A stretch of 64,000 nt of DNA from Candidatus Bipolaricaulota bacterium (GCA_022838705.1 JALHJZ010000002.1:213258-277257), one strand, 5' to 3'. Shown: positions 10,352 to 19,952, counted from the stretch's first letter. Translations and numbers: made by a program. Notes: a model not told the origin generated them from the sequence alone.

Positions 10352-11323
10352 CTAGCGGGCCAACACCTGGGCCAGCTCGAAGAGCTCGGGGTCGAGCCCC
10401 TTCTGCTGTCCCGCGACCTCGGCGAGGGGAGTCGTCGTCACTTTCCCCCGGACCCACCCCACGAGCACTCCGTGCTCGCCGCGGGCGAGGGCGTCCACCG
10501 CCGCCGCGCCGAGGCGCGTGGCAAGCAGCCGGTCGTACGCCCCCGGCGCCCCTCCCCGCTGCACGTGGCCGAGGATCGTCACCCTTAGCTCGAACCCGAG
10601 CCGCTTCTCGTTCTCATGGAAGTACTCAGCGAGCCGGGTCGCGTTGAGCTGCGCTCCCTCCGCCACCACGACGAGGGCGTGGTTCTTCCCCCGCTCGTAG
10701 GCCCCGCGCAGCTCGTGGGCGAGCGCCTCGGGATCCGTCTCCACTTCGGGGATGACCACGGCCTCTGCCCCGCCGGCGATCCCCGCCATGAGGGCGAGGT
10801 AGCCGCAGTGGCGGCCCATCACCTCGACGAGGAACGCCCGGCCGTGGGACGAGGCGGTGGTCTTGAGGCGGTCGATGGACTCGAGGGCCACGTTGAGGGC
10901 AGTGTCCACCCCGATCGTGATCTCCGAGCCGGCGAGGTCGTTGTCGATCGTGGACGCCACGCCGACGACGGGGAACCCCATCCGGGAGAGCTCGTAGGCG
11001 CCGGTCTGGGAGCCGTTCCCTCCGATCACGACCAGGGCCTCGATCCCCTGCCCGGCGAGGGCGTGGAGCGCCCTCTGCCGGCCGGCCTCGGTGCGGAACT
11101 CCGGGCAGCGAGCGCTCCCGAGGACCGTCCCCCCAAGCTGGAGGATCCCCCCCACGTCCCGCGCCCCGAGGGGCACCATCTCCCCCCCGACGAGACCGGC
11201 GTAGCCCCGCCGCACCCCCCGGACTTCCCAGCCTTGCGCGACCCCCGCGCGGACCACCGCGCGGATCGCGGCGTTCATCCCCGGCGCGTCGCCACCGCTT
11301 GTGAGGACAGCGATCCGGTTCAT
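10352..11323 (-). CDS. pfkA: ATP-dependent 6-phosphofructokinase
   Basis: LTSGGDAPGMNAAIR, GGNGS, TIDND, EVMGRHCG, LGHVQRGG. Confidence 0.95.
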   Translation of the reverse strand: MNRIAVLTSGGDAPGMNAAIRAVVRAGVAQGWEVRGVRRGYAGLVGGEMVPLGARDVGGILQLGGTVLGSARCPEFRTEAGRQRALHALAGQGIEALVVIGGNGSQTGAYELSRMGFPVVGVASTIDNDLAGSEITIGVDTALNVALESIDRLKTTASSHGRAFLVEVMGRHCGYLALMAGIAGGAEAVVIPEVETDPEALAHELRGAYERGKNHALVVVAEGAQLNATRLAEYFHENEKRLGFELRVTILGHVQRGGAPGAYDRLLATRLGAAAVDALARGEHGVLVGWVRGKVTTTPLAEVAGQQKGLDPELFELAQVLAR

Positions 11324-12651
11324 CGTGACGCCTTCTCCCGAATCTGCCGCGCGGCCAACACCCCGGTCACGGCGGCGAACACGATCCCCCGGGAGTGCCC
11401 CGACGCGTCCCCGGCCACGTAGAACCCAGGGAGGGCGGTCTCCATCCCTGGCCCGACCTCATAGCGCGTGTCGTAGAACTTGATCTCCGGGGCACAGAGG
11501 AGCGTCCCCTCCGCGGACAGGCCGGGGATGAGTCGGTTCAGGACGTCCACCGCCTCTACAATGTCCACCACCACGCGGTGGGGGAGGGCCATCGACACGT
11601 CCCCGGGGGTGAACGACTCCAGGGTCGGCCGGACGGAGGCCCGCCGGATGCGGTCCAGGGTGGACCGCCGCCCCTGGGCGAGGTCCTTCAGCCGCTGCAC
11701 GATCGGCTTCCCCCCCCCGATCGTCGTCGCCAGTTTCGCGATCGCGCGGCCGTACTCGGTTGTGTCCTCCACCGGATCGGTGAGCTCGATGTGCACGAGG
11801 AGCGCGAAGTTCGTGTTCCCGCTCTTGCGCTCGTTCTCGGCGTGGCCGTTCACGAGCACGAACTTGCCATGGTCCTCCTGGACAACGAACCCGCGGGGGT
11901 TGGTGCAGAAGGTGCGCACCATGTCGTCGTAGGTTGGGGCGCGCACGCGCAGCTTGGCGTCGTACATCACCCGCTCGATCGGGTCGTAGAGCTCGGCTGG
12001 GAACTCCGCCCGCACCCCGACATCGAGCGGGCCGAACGAGGGACCGACCCCGAGCGACCGCGCCACCTCCCGCAGCCAGTACGCGCCCACCCGGCCTGGC
12101 GCAGCGAGGACGTGCCGGGCCTCGATCTCCTTCCCCCCCACCACGACCGTGAACCGCCCGCTGCGGTGGCGGATCTCCTCGGCCGCCCTCCCGAGTTGGA
12201 ACTCGACCCCCCGCGCCACGAGGTCGCGGTAGATGGCATCGATGACCTCCCGGATCCGCCCCGTGCCGATGTGGCGCTGGCGGCCGGCGATGAACTCCAC
12301 CCCCGCCTGGGCTGCTGCCTTCTTCAACTCAGCGAGCGCCTCGGGGTCCTCCCCCGAGTACTGGGCGGGCGCCCCGTAGCGGGTGAACGTGTCATCCACG
12401 TAGGCGATGAGGTCCTCCAGCTCCCCGACCGAGCACCCGATCGCCTCCGGATCGCCGCCGATGCGGGGGGTGAGGTTGAGCTTCCCGTCGGAGAACGCGC
12501 CGGCCCCGCCCACCCCACAGGTGTTGCTCGTCCGCTCGCGCGGGGCGAGGCCCTTGTCCACGATGACCGTGGACAGGCCCGATCCCGCGAGCTCGAGGGC
12601 CGCGAACAGCCCGGCCGGCCCAGCTCCCACCACCACGACGTCGTACCGCAC
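11320..12651 (-). CDS. FAD-dependent oxidoreductase (uncharacterised COG2509-like)
   Basis: VGAGPAG dinucleotide fold, GVGGAGAFSDGKL, RTFCTNP, VNGH, YVAGDASG; GTG 12651 with AAAGGAG SD. Confidence 0.8.
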   Translation of the reverse strand: MRYDVVVVGAGPAGLFAALELAGSGLSTVIVDKGLAPRERTSNTCGVGGAGAFSDGKLNLTPRIGGDPEAIGCSVGELEDLIAYVDDTFTRYGAPAQYSGEDPEALAELKKAAAQAGVEFIAGRQRHIGTGRIREVIDAIYRDLVARGVEFQLGRAAEEIRHRSGRFTVVVGGKEIEARHVLAAPGRVGAYWLREVARSLGVGPSFGPLDVGVRAEFPAELYDPIERVMYDAKLRVRAPTYDDMVRTFCTNPRGFVVQEDHGKFVLVNGHAENERKSGNTNFALLVHIELTDPVEDTTEYGRAIAKLATTIGGGKPIVQRLKDLAQGRRSTLDRIRRASVRPTLESFTPGDVSMALPHRVVVDIVEAVDVLNRLIPGLSAEGTLLCAPEIKFYDTRYEVGPGMETALPGFYVAGDASGHSRGIVFAAVTGVLAARQIREKASR

Positions 12652-12717
12652 GCTCTCGCTCCTTTGGGTTATCCTTCGGGAACCCACGCATCGTAGCCCG
12701 TGGGGAGGAGGGTGCAA

Positions 12718-13287
12718 GTGCGGATCGGCGCGGGGGAGTACCGGGGCCAGAAGCTCGTGGGACCGCGGGACGCGGGGATCCGGCCGCTGCGGGAGCGGGT
12801 CCGCCTCGCCCTGTTCGACACCGTGCGCGAGCTCGTGCCCGGGGCGCAGGTCCTCGACCTCTTCGCGGGGACGGGGGCGGTGGGGCTGGAGGCCCTCTCC
12901 CGCGGCGCGGCCCGCGCCGTGTTCGTGGACGGCTCAGATCAGGCGGTGCGGCTCATCCGCGAGAACATCCGACGGTTGGGGTGCGCCGCCCGGGCGGAGG
13001 TGGTGGAGGCCGATGTCTTCACGGCGCTGCGGTCGCTCGTGCGAACAGGGAAGGCGTTCGACCTCGTGTTCGTCGGCGCCCCGTATGGAAGCGGGCTCGC
13101 CGCCCGGACGGTCGCGGCGCTGGCCGAGCTTCGCCCCCTCCTCCCCGGGGCAGTGGTGGTGGCGGAGTCGTTCCACAAGGAGCCGCTGGCGGATCGGTAC
13201 GGCCCCCTCGTCCTCGAGATGCGGCGGGCCTACGGGGAGACGGTGCTCTCCCTGTACCGGTTTGTGCCGGAGGGCGGGGGAAGCTAG
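12718..13287 (+). CDS. rsmD: 16S rRNA m2G966 methyltransferase RsmD
   Basis: RIGAGEYRG, RERVRLALF, LDLFAGTGAVGLEALSRGA, FDLVFVGAPY (canonical DPPY is altered). Confidence 0.82.
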   Translation: MRIGAGEYRGQKLVGPRDAGIRPLRERVRLALFDTVRELVPGAQVLDLFAGTGAVGLEALSRGAARAVFVDGSDQAVRLIRENIRRLGCAARAEVVEADVFTALRSLVRTGKAFDLVFVGAPYGSGLAARTVAALAELRPLLPGAVVVAESFHKEPLADRYGPLVLEMRRAYGETVLSLYRFVPEGGGS

Positions 13288-13308
13288 ACTGAACGCCCGG
13301 AGGGGACG

Positions 13309-14112
13309 ATGGAACGGCCGTTCATCCTGGTCACGAACGACGACGGGTACCTCTCGCCGGGGCTCCTCGCCCTGCGGCGGGCCCTCGCCACGGTCGGGGA
13401 GCCATGGGTGCTCGCCCCGGATCGGAACTGGTCTGCAGCATCGCGGACCCGCATCTTCCACAAGCCGCTGCGGTTCTCGAGCGCCCACCTCCCGGACGGG
13501 GAGGAGGTGCACGTCACGAACGGATCCCCATCCGACTGCGTGCTCCTCGCCCTCCTCGGCCTCGCCCCGCGCCGGCCCGACCTCGTCGTGGCGGGGATCA
13601 ACATGGGGGCGAACATCGGGCACGACGTGACCTACTCGGGCACGGTCGCCGCGGCGATGGAGGGGGCATCGGCGGGGATCCCGGCGATCGCCGTATCCCT
13701 CGACCTCGGGTCCGACGAGGGGCGGGAAGGGAACCCTGACTACGAGAGGGCAGCGGCGCTCACGGCGCGGGTGGCGAAGCTGGTGTTGGCGGAGCGGGAC
13801 GCGCTCGTCCGCACCCTCATCAACGTGAACGTGCCGCGCGGCGTGCCCAAAGGGGTCCGGGTCACCCGCCTCGGCGGCAAGATCTGGACCGATGACCTCG
13901 TGCGGGGCGAGGACCCCCGCGGCCGTTCCTACTACTGGCTGGCGGGCGAGATGCTCTCCTCCCCGCCCTCAGGCGAGGAGGATACCGATGTGTGGGCGGT
14001 CCTGTCCGGGTACGTCTCGATCACCCCCCTCCACCTCGACCTCACCGCCTACGCCGTGCTCAACAACCTGCGCCGGTGGGAGGAGGAGATCCGCGTCGGG
14101 GACGCGGCGTAG
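13309..14112 (+). CDS. surE: 5'/3'-nucleotidase SurE
   Basis: ILVTNDDG, GSPSDCV, AGINMGAN, YSGTVAAAMEG, YVSITPL. Confidence 0.95.
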   Translation: MERPFILVTNDDGYLSPGLLALRRALATVGEPWVLAPDRNWSAASRTRIFHKPLRFSSAHLPDGEEVHVTNGSPSDCVLLALLGLAPRRPDLVVAGINMGANIGHDVTYSGTVAAAMEGASAGIPAIAVSLDLGSDEGREGNPDYERAAALTARVAKLVLAERDALVRTLINVNVPRGVPKGVRVTRLGGKIWTDDLVRGEDPRGRSYYWLAGEMLSSPPSGEEDTDVWAVLSGYVSITPLHLDLTAYAVLNNLRRWEEEIRVGDAA

Positions 14113-14136
14113 CTGGAGGGGCCCTATAATCCCGAC

Positions 14137-14853
14137 GTGGAGGTCCGCATCGGCTGTTGCGGCTGGTCGGCGCTGCCGCCCGGGGAGGAACGGGGCCGGC
14201 ATCGGCTCCAACTCTATGCTGCCCAGTTCCCGCTCGTCGAGGTCAACTCCACGTTCTACCGCCTCCCCTCGCTCGCGACCGTCCGCCGGTGGCGGGATCT
14301 CGCCGATAGCGTAAACCCGCAGTTCGAGTTCACGGTCAAGGCCCACCGCGGGATCACCCACTACGCGCGGTTCCAGGGCCCCCAAGCCCGCGACGGGTTT
14401 GCACGCTCGGTCGAGGTGGCCCGCGCCCTGCGGGCGAGGGTGCTCCTCCTCCAGTGCCCGCCTTCGTTCTCCCCTGGGCCGGACCACGAGGAGGCCCTGA
14501 CCCAGTTCCTCGCCACGGTGGATAGGGGTGAACTCACCCTCGTGTGGGAGCCTCGCGGGCGGTGGGACGAGGAGCCAGAGCGGGTGGCCGCCCTATGCCG
14601 GAAGTACTCCCTCGTCCACGGCACCGACCCGTTCCGGACCCTCCCCGTCACGAGGGGGGAGATCGCGTACCTGCGCCTCCATGGGTCCCCGCCGGGGGCG
14701 CGGATGTACCGCTACACCTACAGCGACCAAGACCTGGCGCGCCTGCGGGACACTGTCCGGGGGCTGGAGGCCGAACGGGTGTATGTGCTCTTCAACAACG
14801 ACACGATGGTCTCCGATGCCCAAAGGTTCGCGGGGAGGTGGGCCACGGGATGA
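14137..14853 (+). CDS. DUF72 domain protein
   Basis: IGCCGW, VEVNSTFY, FTVKA, LLQCPPSF, YLRLHG, YVLFNN; TATAAT 6 nt before GTG. Confidence 0.88.
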   Translation: MEVRIGCCGWSALPPGEERGRHRLQLYAAQFPLVEVNSTFYRLPSLATVRRWRDLADSVNPQFEFTVKAHRGITHYARFQGPQARDGFARSVEVARALRARVLLLQCPPSFSPGPDHEEALTQFLATVDRGELTLVWEPRGRWDEEPERVAALCRKYSLVHGTDPFRTLPVTRGEIAYLRLHGSPPGARMYRYTYSDQDLARLRDTVRGLEAERVYVLFNNDTMVSDAQRFAGRWATG

Positions 14854-15968
14854 GAGGCGAATTGCGGTGTCCCCTGTGCGACTTCCGCACCGTGCCGAGT
14901 GCGGTACCGCTGCCGTGCCCGGCGTGCCGGGTCCCGCTCGACTACCGGCCGGATCCGCCGGCAGACTTCACCGCTGCAGGTTTGACTGGGCGCGGGGTAT
15001 GGCGGTACGCCCCGTTCCTCCCCGCTGTGAATCCCGTCACCCTGGGCGAGGGGGGGACCCCCCTCATCCCTTCTCTGCGCATCGGCCCTCGCCTGGGGGT
15101 GAACCTCCTGTTCAAGGTCGAGGGGACGAACCCCACTGGCTCGTTCAAGGACCGGGGGGCAGCGGTGCTCGTCGCCGTCCTGCGGTCGTTCGGGGCGAGG
15201 ACGGTGGCCGATGACTCGTCGGGGAACGCCGGGGCGGCCCTCGCCGCCTACGCTGCCCGGGCGGGGGTCCGCGCCGCCCTCTACGTTCCGGCCCACGCCT
15301 CGGGGCCCAAGCTCGCCCAGATCGAAGCCCTCGGGGCGGAACTGGTGCGTGTGCCCGGCCCACGGGAGCGGGCCACGGACGCGGTCCAGGAGGCATGCAC
15401 CGCGGACCCTGACCTCCTCTACGCCTCGCACAACGCCTCGCCGTACTTCGTCGCCGGCCTGACGACAATCGCCTACGAGCTAGGCGAGGAGGGTCGGATC
15501 CCTGACCACGTCGTCCTCCCGGTGGGTGGAGGCGGACTGTTCCTCGGGCTCGCCCATGGGTTCGCCCAGCTACGCGAGCGGGGGTGGATCGGACGGGTGC
15601 CGCGCCTCCACATCGCCCAGCCTGAGGCCTGTGCCCCCCTCGTCCGCGCCGGTGATGGGGGGGACCCGGTCGAACTTGACCCCCGGGCCACGGTGGCCGA
15701 GGGGGCACGGATCCCCCGCCCTGTGCGGGGCCGGGAGGTCCTGGCCGCGCTCAGGGCAGTGGATGGGGATACCGTCACGGTGGGGGAAGAGGAGATCCTC
15801 CGGGGTCAGGCGGAGCTCGCTCGCGAGGAAGGGATCTGGGTTGAGCCGACAGCGGCCCTCGCCGTGGCCGCCCTCCCCGCCCTCATCGCGCGGGGCACGA
15901 TCAAACCTGGGGAGGAGATCGTGCTCCCCCTCACCGGGCACGGGCTCAAGGCGGTGAACCTGCGCTGA
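14850..15968 (+). CDS. thrC: threonine synthase-like PLP enzyme
   Basis: N-terminal CxxC...CxxC, LGEGGTPL, NPTGSFKDRG, SSGNAG, PVGGGGL, EPTAA, LTGHGLK. Confidence 0.8.
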   Translation: MRGELRCPLCDFRTVPSAVPLPCPACRVPLDYRPDPPADFTAAGLTGRGVWRYAPFLPAVNPVTLGEGGTPLIPSLRIGPRLGVNLLFKVEGTNPTGSFKDRGAAVLVAVLRSFGARTVADDSSGNAGAALAAYAARAGVRAALYVPAHASGPKLAQIEALGAELVRVPGPRERATDAVQEACTADPDLLYASHNASPYFVAGLTTIAYELGEEGRIPDHVVLPVGGGGLFLGLAHGFAQLRERGWIGRVPRLHIAQPEACAPLVRAGDGGDPVELDPRATVAEGARIPRPVRGREVLAALRAVDGDTVTVGEEEILRGQAELAREEGIWVEPTAALAVAALPALIARGTIKPGEEIVLPLTGHGLKAVNLR

Positions 15969-16002
15969 CCCTCGTCCCCAATCCGCGCGGGGGCGGCTTC
16001 GG

Positions 16003-16554
16003 CTAGCCTCCGAACCGATCGCGGCGCACGATCTCCGCGAGGGGCACCCGCTCCACCTCCCGCGGCGTGTACGCGGGCCGGCCGATCGGGAGGAGGGCCA
16101 CGACCCTCATCCCGCGGGGGATGCCGAGAATCCGCTTCACTTCTGCCTCCGCCCGACCCCGCAGCCCCGCCCAATACGAGGCCAGCCCCAAGCTGTGGGC
16201 CATGAGGGCCATGTTCTGCGTCGCCACCGCCCCTGCCTCGATCCAGTGCCCCGGATCCTTCACCGGGTCAACGACAACTGCGATCAGCACCGGTGCATCG
16301 CCGACCCCTTTCCCGGTGAGGGCAGCCTGGCCGCGGCGCGCGAAGGCGAGCCGCTCCACCAGGGCCCCCAACTTGGCCTTCGTGTCCTCGTCCCGCACCA
16401 CGACGAACGTCCACGGCTGGGAGTTGGCGAACGACGGGGCCCACCTCCCCGCCTCGAGGATCGCCTCCACCTCGTCGTCGCTCACCGGCTTCGGCTCGAA
16501 CCGGAGCACGCTCCTCCGGCCACGGATCGCGTTCAGTACCTCGTTCTTCATCAT
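16003..16554 (-). CDS. nitroreductase family protein
   Basis: RRSVLRF, WAPSFANSQPWTFVVV, QNMALMAHSLGL. Confidence 0.9.
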   Translation of the reverse strand: MMKNEVLNAIRGRRSVLRFEPKPVSDDEVEAILEAGRWAPSFANSQPWTFVVVRDEDTKAKLGALVERLAFARRGQAALTGKGVGDAPVLIAVVVDPVKDPGHWIEAGAVATQNMALMAHSLGLASYWAGLRGRAEAEVKRILGIPRGMRVVALLPIGRPAYTPREVERVPLAEIVRRDRFGG

Positions 16555-17579
16555 ATGCCCTCCGTCTCGTTTGGGTCCCCAAACTTATTCCATGCCACCA
16601 CAGCTGACAAGGGCTTCCGCTCCCGTGGCCCGAGCTCGATCGCGCGGTGCTTATCGCTGAGCGTGCTCGCCTCGCCCCGCTTCCCGATGACGATGAGCGC
16701 GATGAGGATGTACTCCTCCGGGATCCCCAGCGCCTCCTTGACGGCGGGGGGGTCGTAGCCGGCGATGGGGTGGGCGACGAGCCCCATCTGGGTCGCCTGG
16801 ATCATGAGCAGGCCGGTGGCCATTCCACACCCGAATAGGAAGTAGTCGCGCCCATCGGAGAGCTTGCAGTCGAGGTCGCGGTGGCTGGCGAGGGCGAGGA
16901 TCGCCGGGGCACGCTTCGCCCAGTAGTTCCCCCCGGACAGGGCCCCCTTCACCCTGTCCAGCGTTTCCCCTTCCGCGATCACGAACCGCCACGGCTGGTT
17001 GTTGAAGCAGGAGGGGGCGAGGTGGGCCGCCTCGACCAGCCGCTCGAGCGCCTCCCGGGCCACGGGCTCCCCGGACAGGGCACGGTACGCCCGCCGGGCA
17101 CGGATGAGCGGGTTGATGGCCTCGTCCGCGGCCTGCAGCGCCCGCAGCGTGACGAGAACCTCCTCCGCGTGGCCGGCCGCCTTCCCCCGCCGCCATGCCC
17201 AGCGCACGGACCCCGCCCGGTCGAGGAGGAACGTCGCCCGCTGGACCCGGCCCGCGGGCGTGACGACGCAATAGGCCCTCGCCACAGCGCGGTCGGGATC
17301 GGAAAGCAGGGTGAGGCCCCCGCCCGCCGCGAACCGGGCGAGGGTGGAAGGGGAATCGGGCGCGATCCCCACCAGCCGTGCCCCGAGGGAGGTGAACTCG
17401 GGGAGGAGGGCCTGGAAAGCGCGGGCCTCCTCGGCCCAGGCAGGCGTCCCGGCGCGGGGGAAGAAGTGCAGGACGACGTACGAGCCCCTCAGCTCGCGGA
17501 GCGAGACCGCCCCGCCCGCCGCCGACGGCAGCGTGAACTCGGGGGCCAGCCCAACCAGGTTTATCCGGTCCTCGGCCAT
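16551..17579 (-). CDS. fusion of a BCP/peroxiredoxin-like domain lacking the peroxidatic Cys and a nitroreductase
   Basis: N-terminal APEFTLP..VVLHFFPRAGTPAWAEEA..RATFLLD; C-terminal RRAYRA, APSCFNNQPWRF. Confidence 0.8.
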   Translation of the reverse strand: MAEDRINLVGLAPEFTLPSAAGGAVSLRELRGSYVVLHFFPRAGTPAWAEEARAFQALLPEFTSLGARLVGIAPDSPSTLARFAAGGGLTLLSDPDRAVARAYCVVTPAGRVQRATFLLDRAGSVRWAWRRGKAAGHAEEVLVTLRALQAADEAINPLIRARRAYRALSGEPVAREALERLVEAAHLAPSCFNNQPWRFVIAEGETLDRVKGALSGGNYWAKRAPAILALASHRDLDCKLSDGRDYFLFGCGMATGLLMIQATQMGLVAHPIAGYDPPAVKEALGIPEEYILIALIVIGKRGEASTLSDKHRAIELGPRERKPLSAVVAWNKFGDPNETEGI

Positions 17580-17624
17580 GGGAGGGATGATAGCCCCCCC
17601 TCCCGGGCCGGCAACCCGCGCGCG

Positions 17625-18554
17625 TCAGAAGCCGAGCTCGATCCCGACCGTGCTCTGAATGAGGCCGCCGAAATCGAACTGCGTCCGGGAGTAGATGCGG
17701 ACCCAGGAGAACGCCACCTCCACCCACACCTCCTGGGACACGAACCCTCCAAGGTCGAACGCGGTCACAAGCCGGATCGCGACCGGCGGCACCCGCACTC
17801 CGAGGAACAGCTTCGCCCAGTCCAGGCCGAAGCTCCCGGTGAAGTTGAGGCGGAGCCGCGCGCCGAGCTCGGCCTCCGGATCCGGGTAGATGTAGCTCGC
17901 CCCGAGCTCGCTCCACGCGAGGCCGTACGGGTTGAAGAGGACCCGGGAGTCGGCGCGGAAACAGGCGCCCGTGAACCCCAGGTGGAGGAGCTCCTCCTCG
18001 AACCACACCCCAGACACCGCAGCGAGGTCGGTGGCGGGGTCGTCGTCGAGCAGGGAGTCGAGCCCCGTCACGCCGAACCCGGTGAGGCTGCGGGCGAAGA
18101 ACCCCGGGTGCCACGCGACGCCGAGGTCGAGGACAAGCCCGACCGTGTAGTCTGGATCATCACACGGTAGCGCGAGGTTCTCAACGAGGAACAGCCCCCC
18201 GAGCTCCCACGGGCAACACCCCCCGCGGACCTCGAACCAGTACTTGGAGAAGCACGGGTCGAACCTCATCCCGCTTTGGAGGCCGATCCCATCGAGATCA
18301 ACCCCCACCGTGAGGTACGCGGCCTCAAGCCCTGTGAGGGAGAGCTCCGTTCGGCTGATGACCTCCGCCCGGTCGTATGCGAGGGCGAGGGTGACGGCGG
18401 ACGCGAGGTCGAGCGAAGAGGACAACGGCGTGACGGCAACCTCGATCCCGAGTGAGCCGGAGAAGGCCGGGGATTGGGACCAGGATGTGGCACCCCACAC
18501 CAGGGTCACTGCGAGCACACCCAGGAGACGCTTTCTCATCTCAGACCACCTCAT
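17625..18554 (-). CDS. exported beta-strand-rich hypothetical protein (outer-membrane barrel-like)
   Basis: Signal peptide (RKRLLGVLAVTLVWG), alternating hydrophobic strands, C-terminal GIELGF; start 18554 or 18539. Confidence 0.6.
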   Translation of the reverse strand: MRWSEMRKRLLGVLAVTLVWGATSWSQSPAFSGSLGIEVAVTPLSSSLDLASAVTLALAYDRAEVISRTELSLTGLEAAYLTVGVDLDGIGLQSGMRFDPCFSKYWFEVRGGCCPWELGGLFLVENLALPCDDPDYTVGLVLDLGVAWHPGFFARSLTGFGVTGLDSLLDDDPATDLAAVSGVWFEEELLHLGFTGACFRADSRVLFNPYGLAWSELGASYIYPDPEAELGARLRLNFTGSFGLDWAKLFLGVRVPPVAIRLVTAFDLGGFVSQEVWVEVAFSWVRIYSRTQFDFGGLIQSTVGIELGF

Positions 18555-18600
18555 GGGAGGAGGGTACGGAGATGACCAGGCCCAGCGGGGCACACCGGAC

Positions 18601-18632
18601 GGGCCGCCCGGCCTCATTTGTCCGGGCGGCCC
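18601..18632. terminator. perfect 11-bp GC hairpin downstream of the arcE-like gene
   Basis: GGGCCGCCCGG-N10-CCGGGCGGCCC; no clear U-tract. Confidence 0.5.
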
Positions 18633-18644
18633 TGGACCCCTGTC

Positions 18645-19952
18645 TCAGAACCGGGGGAGGAGGTCCGCCACCGTGGGATGGCCGATCTCCTGAAGATCGT
18701 ACCGGACGCGGGTTGACGGCTTCTCGATCGCGATCAGGCGGCGCAGGTCCACCGGCGTCGCGATGACGACGGCGTCGCAGGGGACGCGGGCGATCGTCTG
18801 GGCGAGCTCCTCGATCTGCTTCTTCCCGTACCCCATCGCGGGCAGCACCGGGCCGAGGTGGGGATAGGCTCTGTACACGTCGCCGAGCGACCCCTGGGCA
18901 TAGGGACGCGGGTCGGCGAAGGTCGCCCCGAGCTTCCGTGCCACCACTGCCCCCGCCCCGAACGGCATCTCCCCGTGGGTGACGGTGGGCCCATCCTCGA
19001 TCACGAGCACCCTCCGCCCCGCCACGAGCTCCGGCGCATCCAAGGTGATCGGGGACGCCGCTTCCACAATCCTCGCCCGCGGGTTGAGGAAGGAAAGGGA
19101 GGCCCGCAGCTGCTCCACCGGTTCGAGCCCCGCCGTATCCACCTTGTTGATCACGATCGCCTCTGCCTGGCGGACGAGCACGGATCCAGGCCAGTACGTG
19201 TTCTCATGCCCAACCCGCAGCGGGTCGGCGACGACGATCAGGAAGTCGGGGCGGAAGAAGGGGGAGTCGTTGTTCCCCCCGTCCCACAGGATCACGTCCG
19301 CTTCCGCCTCCGCCTGACGGAGGATCGCCCCGTAGTCCACCCCCGCATAGACGACAAACCCTTCCTGGAGGTGGGGCTCGTACTCCTCGCGCTCCTCGAT
19401 CGTACACTCCGCCCGGTCCAGGTCCTCGAACGACGCGAACCGTTGCACGGCCTGGCGGACGAGGTCCCCGTAGGGCATGGGGTGGCGGACCACGGCGACC
19501 CTCTTCCCCTGTTCGTGGAGGATCTGGGCCACGCGGCGGGTGGTCTGGGACTTGCCTGATCCAGTGCGCACCGCGCACACGGCGACGACCGGCTTCTTGG
19601 CCGCCAGTTGGGTCGAGCGGGGGCCGAGAAGCCAGAAGTCCGCCCCCGCCGCAGCGGCGAGCGCCGCCCGTTCCATCACGTGCTGGTGCGAGACGTCGGA
19701 ATAGGCGAACACCACCCGGTCCACTCCCTTCTCGCGCACGAGGTGGGGGAGGCGCTCCTCCGGCTCGATCGGGATCCCGTTCGGGTAGAGCCGTCCGGCG
19801 AGCTCCGCGGGGTAACGGCGCCCGACGATCCCCGGGATCTGGGTGGCGGTGAACGCGACCACCTCGTAGGCGTCGTTGTCCCTGAACACAACGTTGAAGT
19901 TGTGGAAGTCGCGGCCGGCAGCGCCCATGATGATGACCTTGGTCTTGCGCAT
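18645..19952 (-). CDS. COG2403 cDPG-synthetase-like P-loop protein; probable arginine synthetase (ArcE-like)
   Basis: GAAGRDFHNFN, AFTATQIP, AVRTGSGKSQT, RHPMPYG, TIEEREEYEP, WDGGNND, EDGPTVTHG, LPAMGYG. Resembles the Thermococcus ArcE sequence as I remember it. Confidence 0.72.
   Translation of the reverse strand: MRKTKVIIMGAAGRDFHNFNVVFRDNDAYEVVAFTATQIPGIVGRRYPAELAGRLYPNGIPIEPEERLPHLVREKGVDRVVFAYSDVSHQHVMERAALAAAAGADFWLLGPRSTQLAAKKPVVAVCAVRTGSGKSQTTRRVAQILHEQGKRVAVVRHPMPYGDLVRQAVQRFASFEDLDRAECTIEEREEYEPHLQEGFVVYAGVDYGAILRQAEAEADVILWDGGNNDSPFFRPDFLIVVADPLRVGHENTYWPGSVLVRQAEAIVINKVDTAGLEPVEQLRASLSFLNPRARIVEAASPITLDAPELVAGRRVLVIEDGPTVTHGEMPFGAGAVVARKLGATFADPRPYAQGSLGDVYRAYPHLGPVLPAMGYGKKQIEELAQTIARVPCDAVVIATPVDLRRLIAIEKPSTRVRYDLQEIGHPTVADLLPRF

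Noticed and set aside
11000-11030. PfkA GGNGS (Asn for the usual Asp) as a sign of PPi dependence
   Set aside because: The Gly after this position and the absence of Lys before TIDND fit the ATP-dependent type; the variant is not enough to claim novelty.
17420-17440. Selenocysteine at the peroxiredoxin active site
   Set aside because: The codon is TGG, not TGA, and the frame is uninterrupted. No TGA-interrupted gene was evident in the window.
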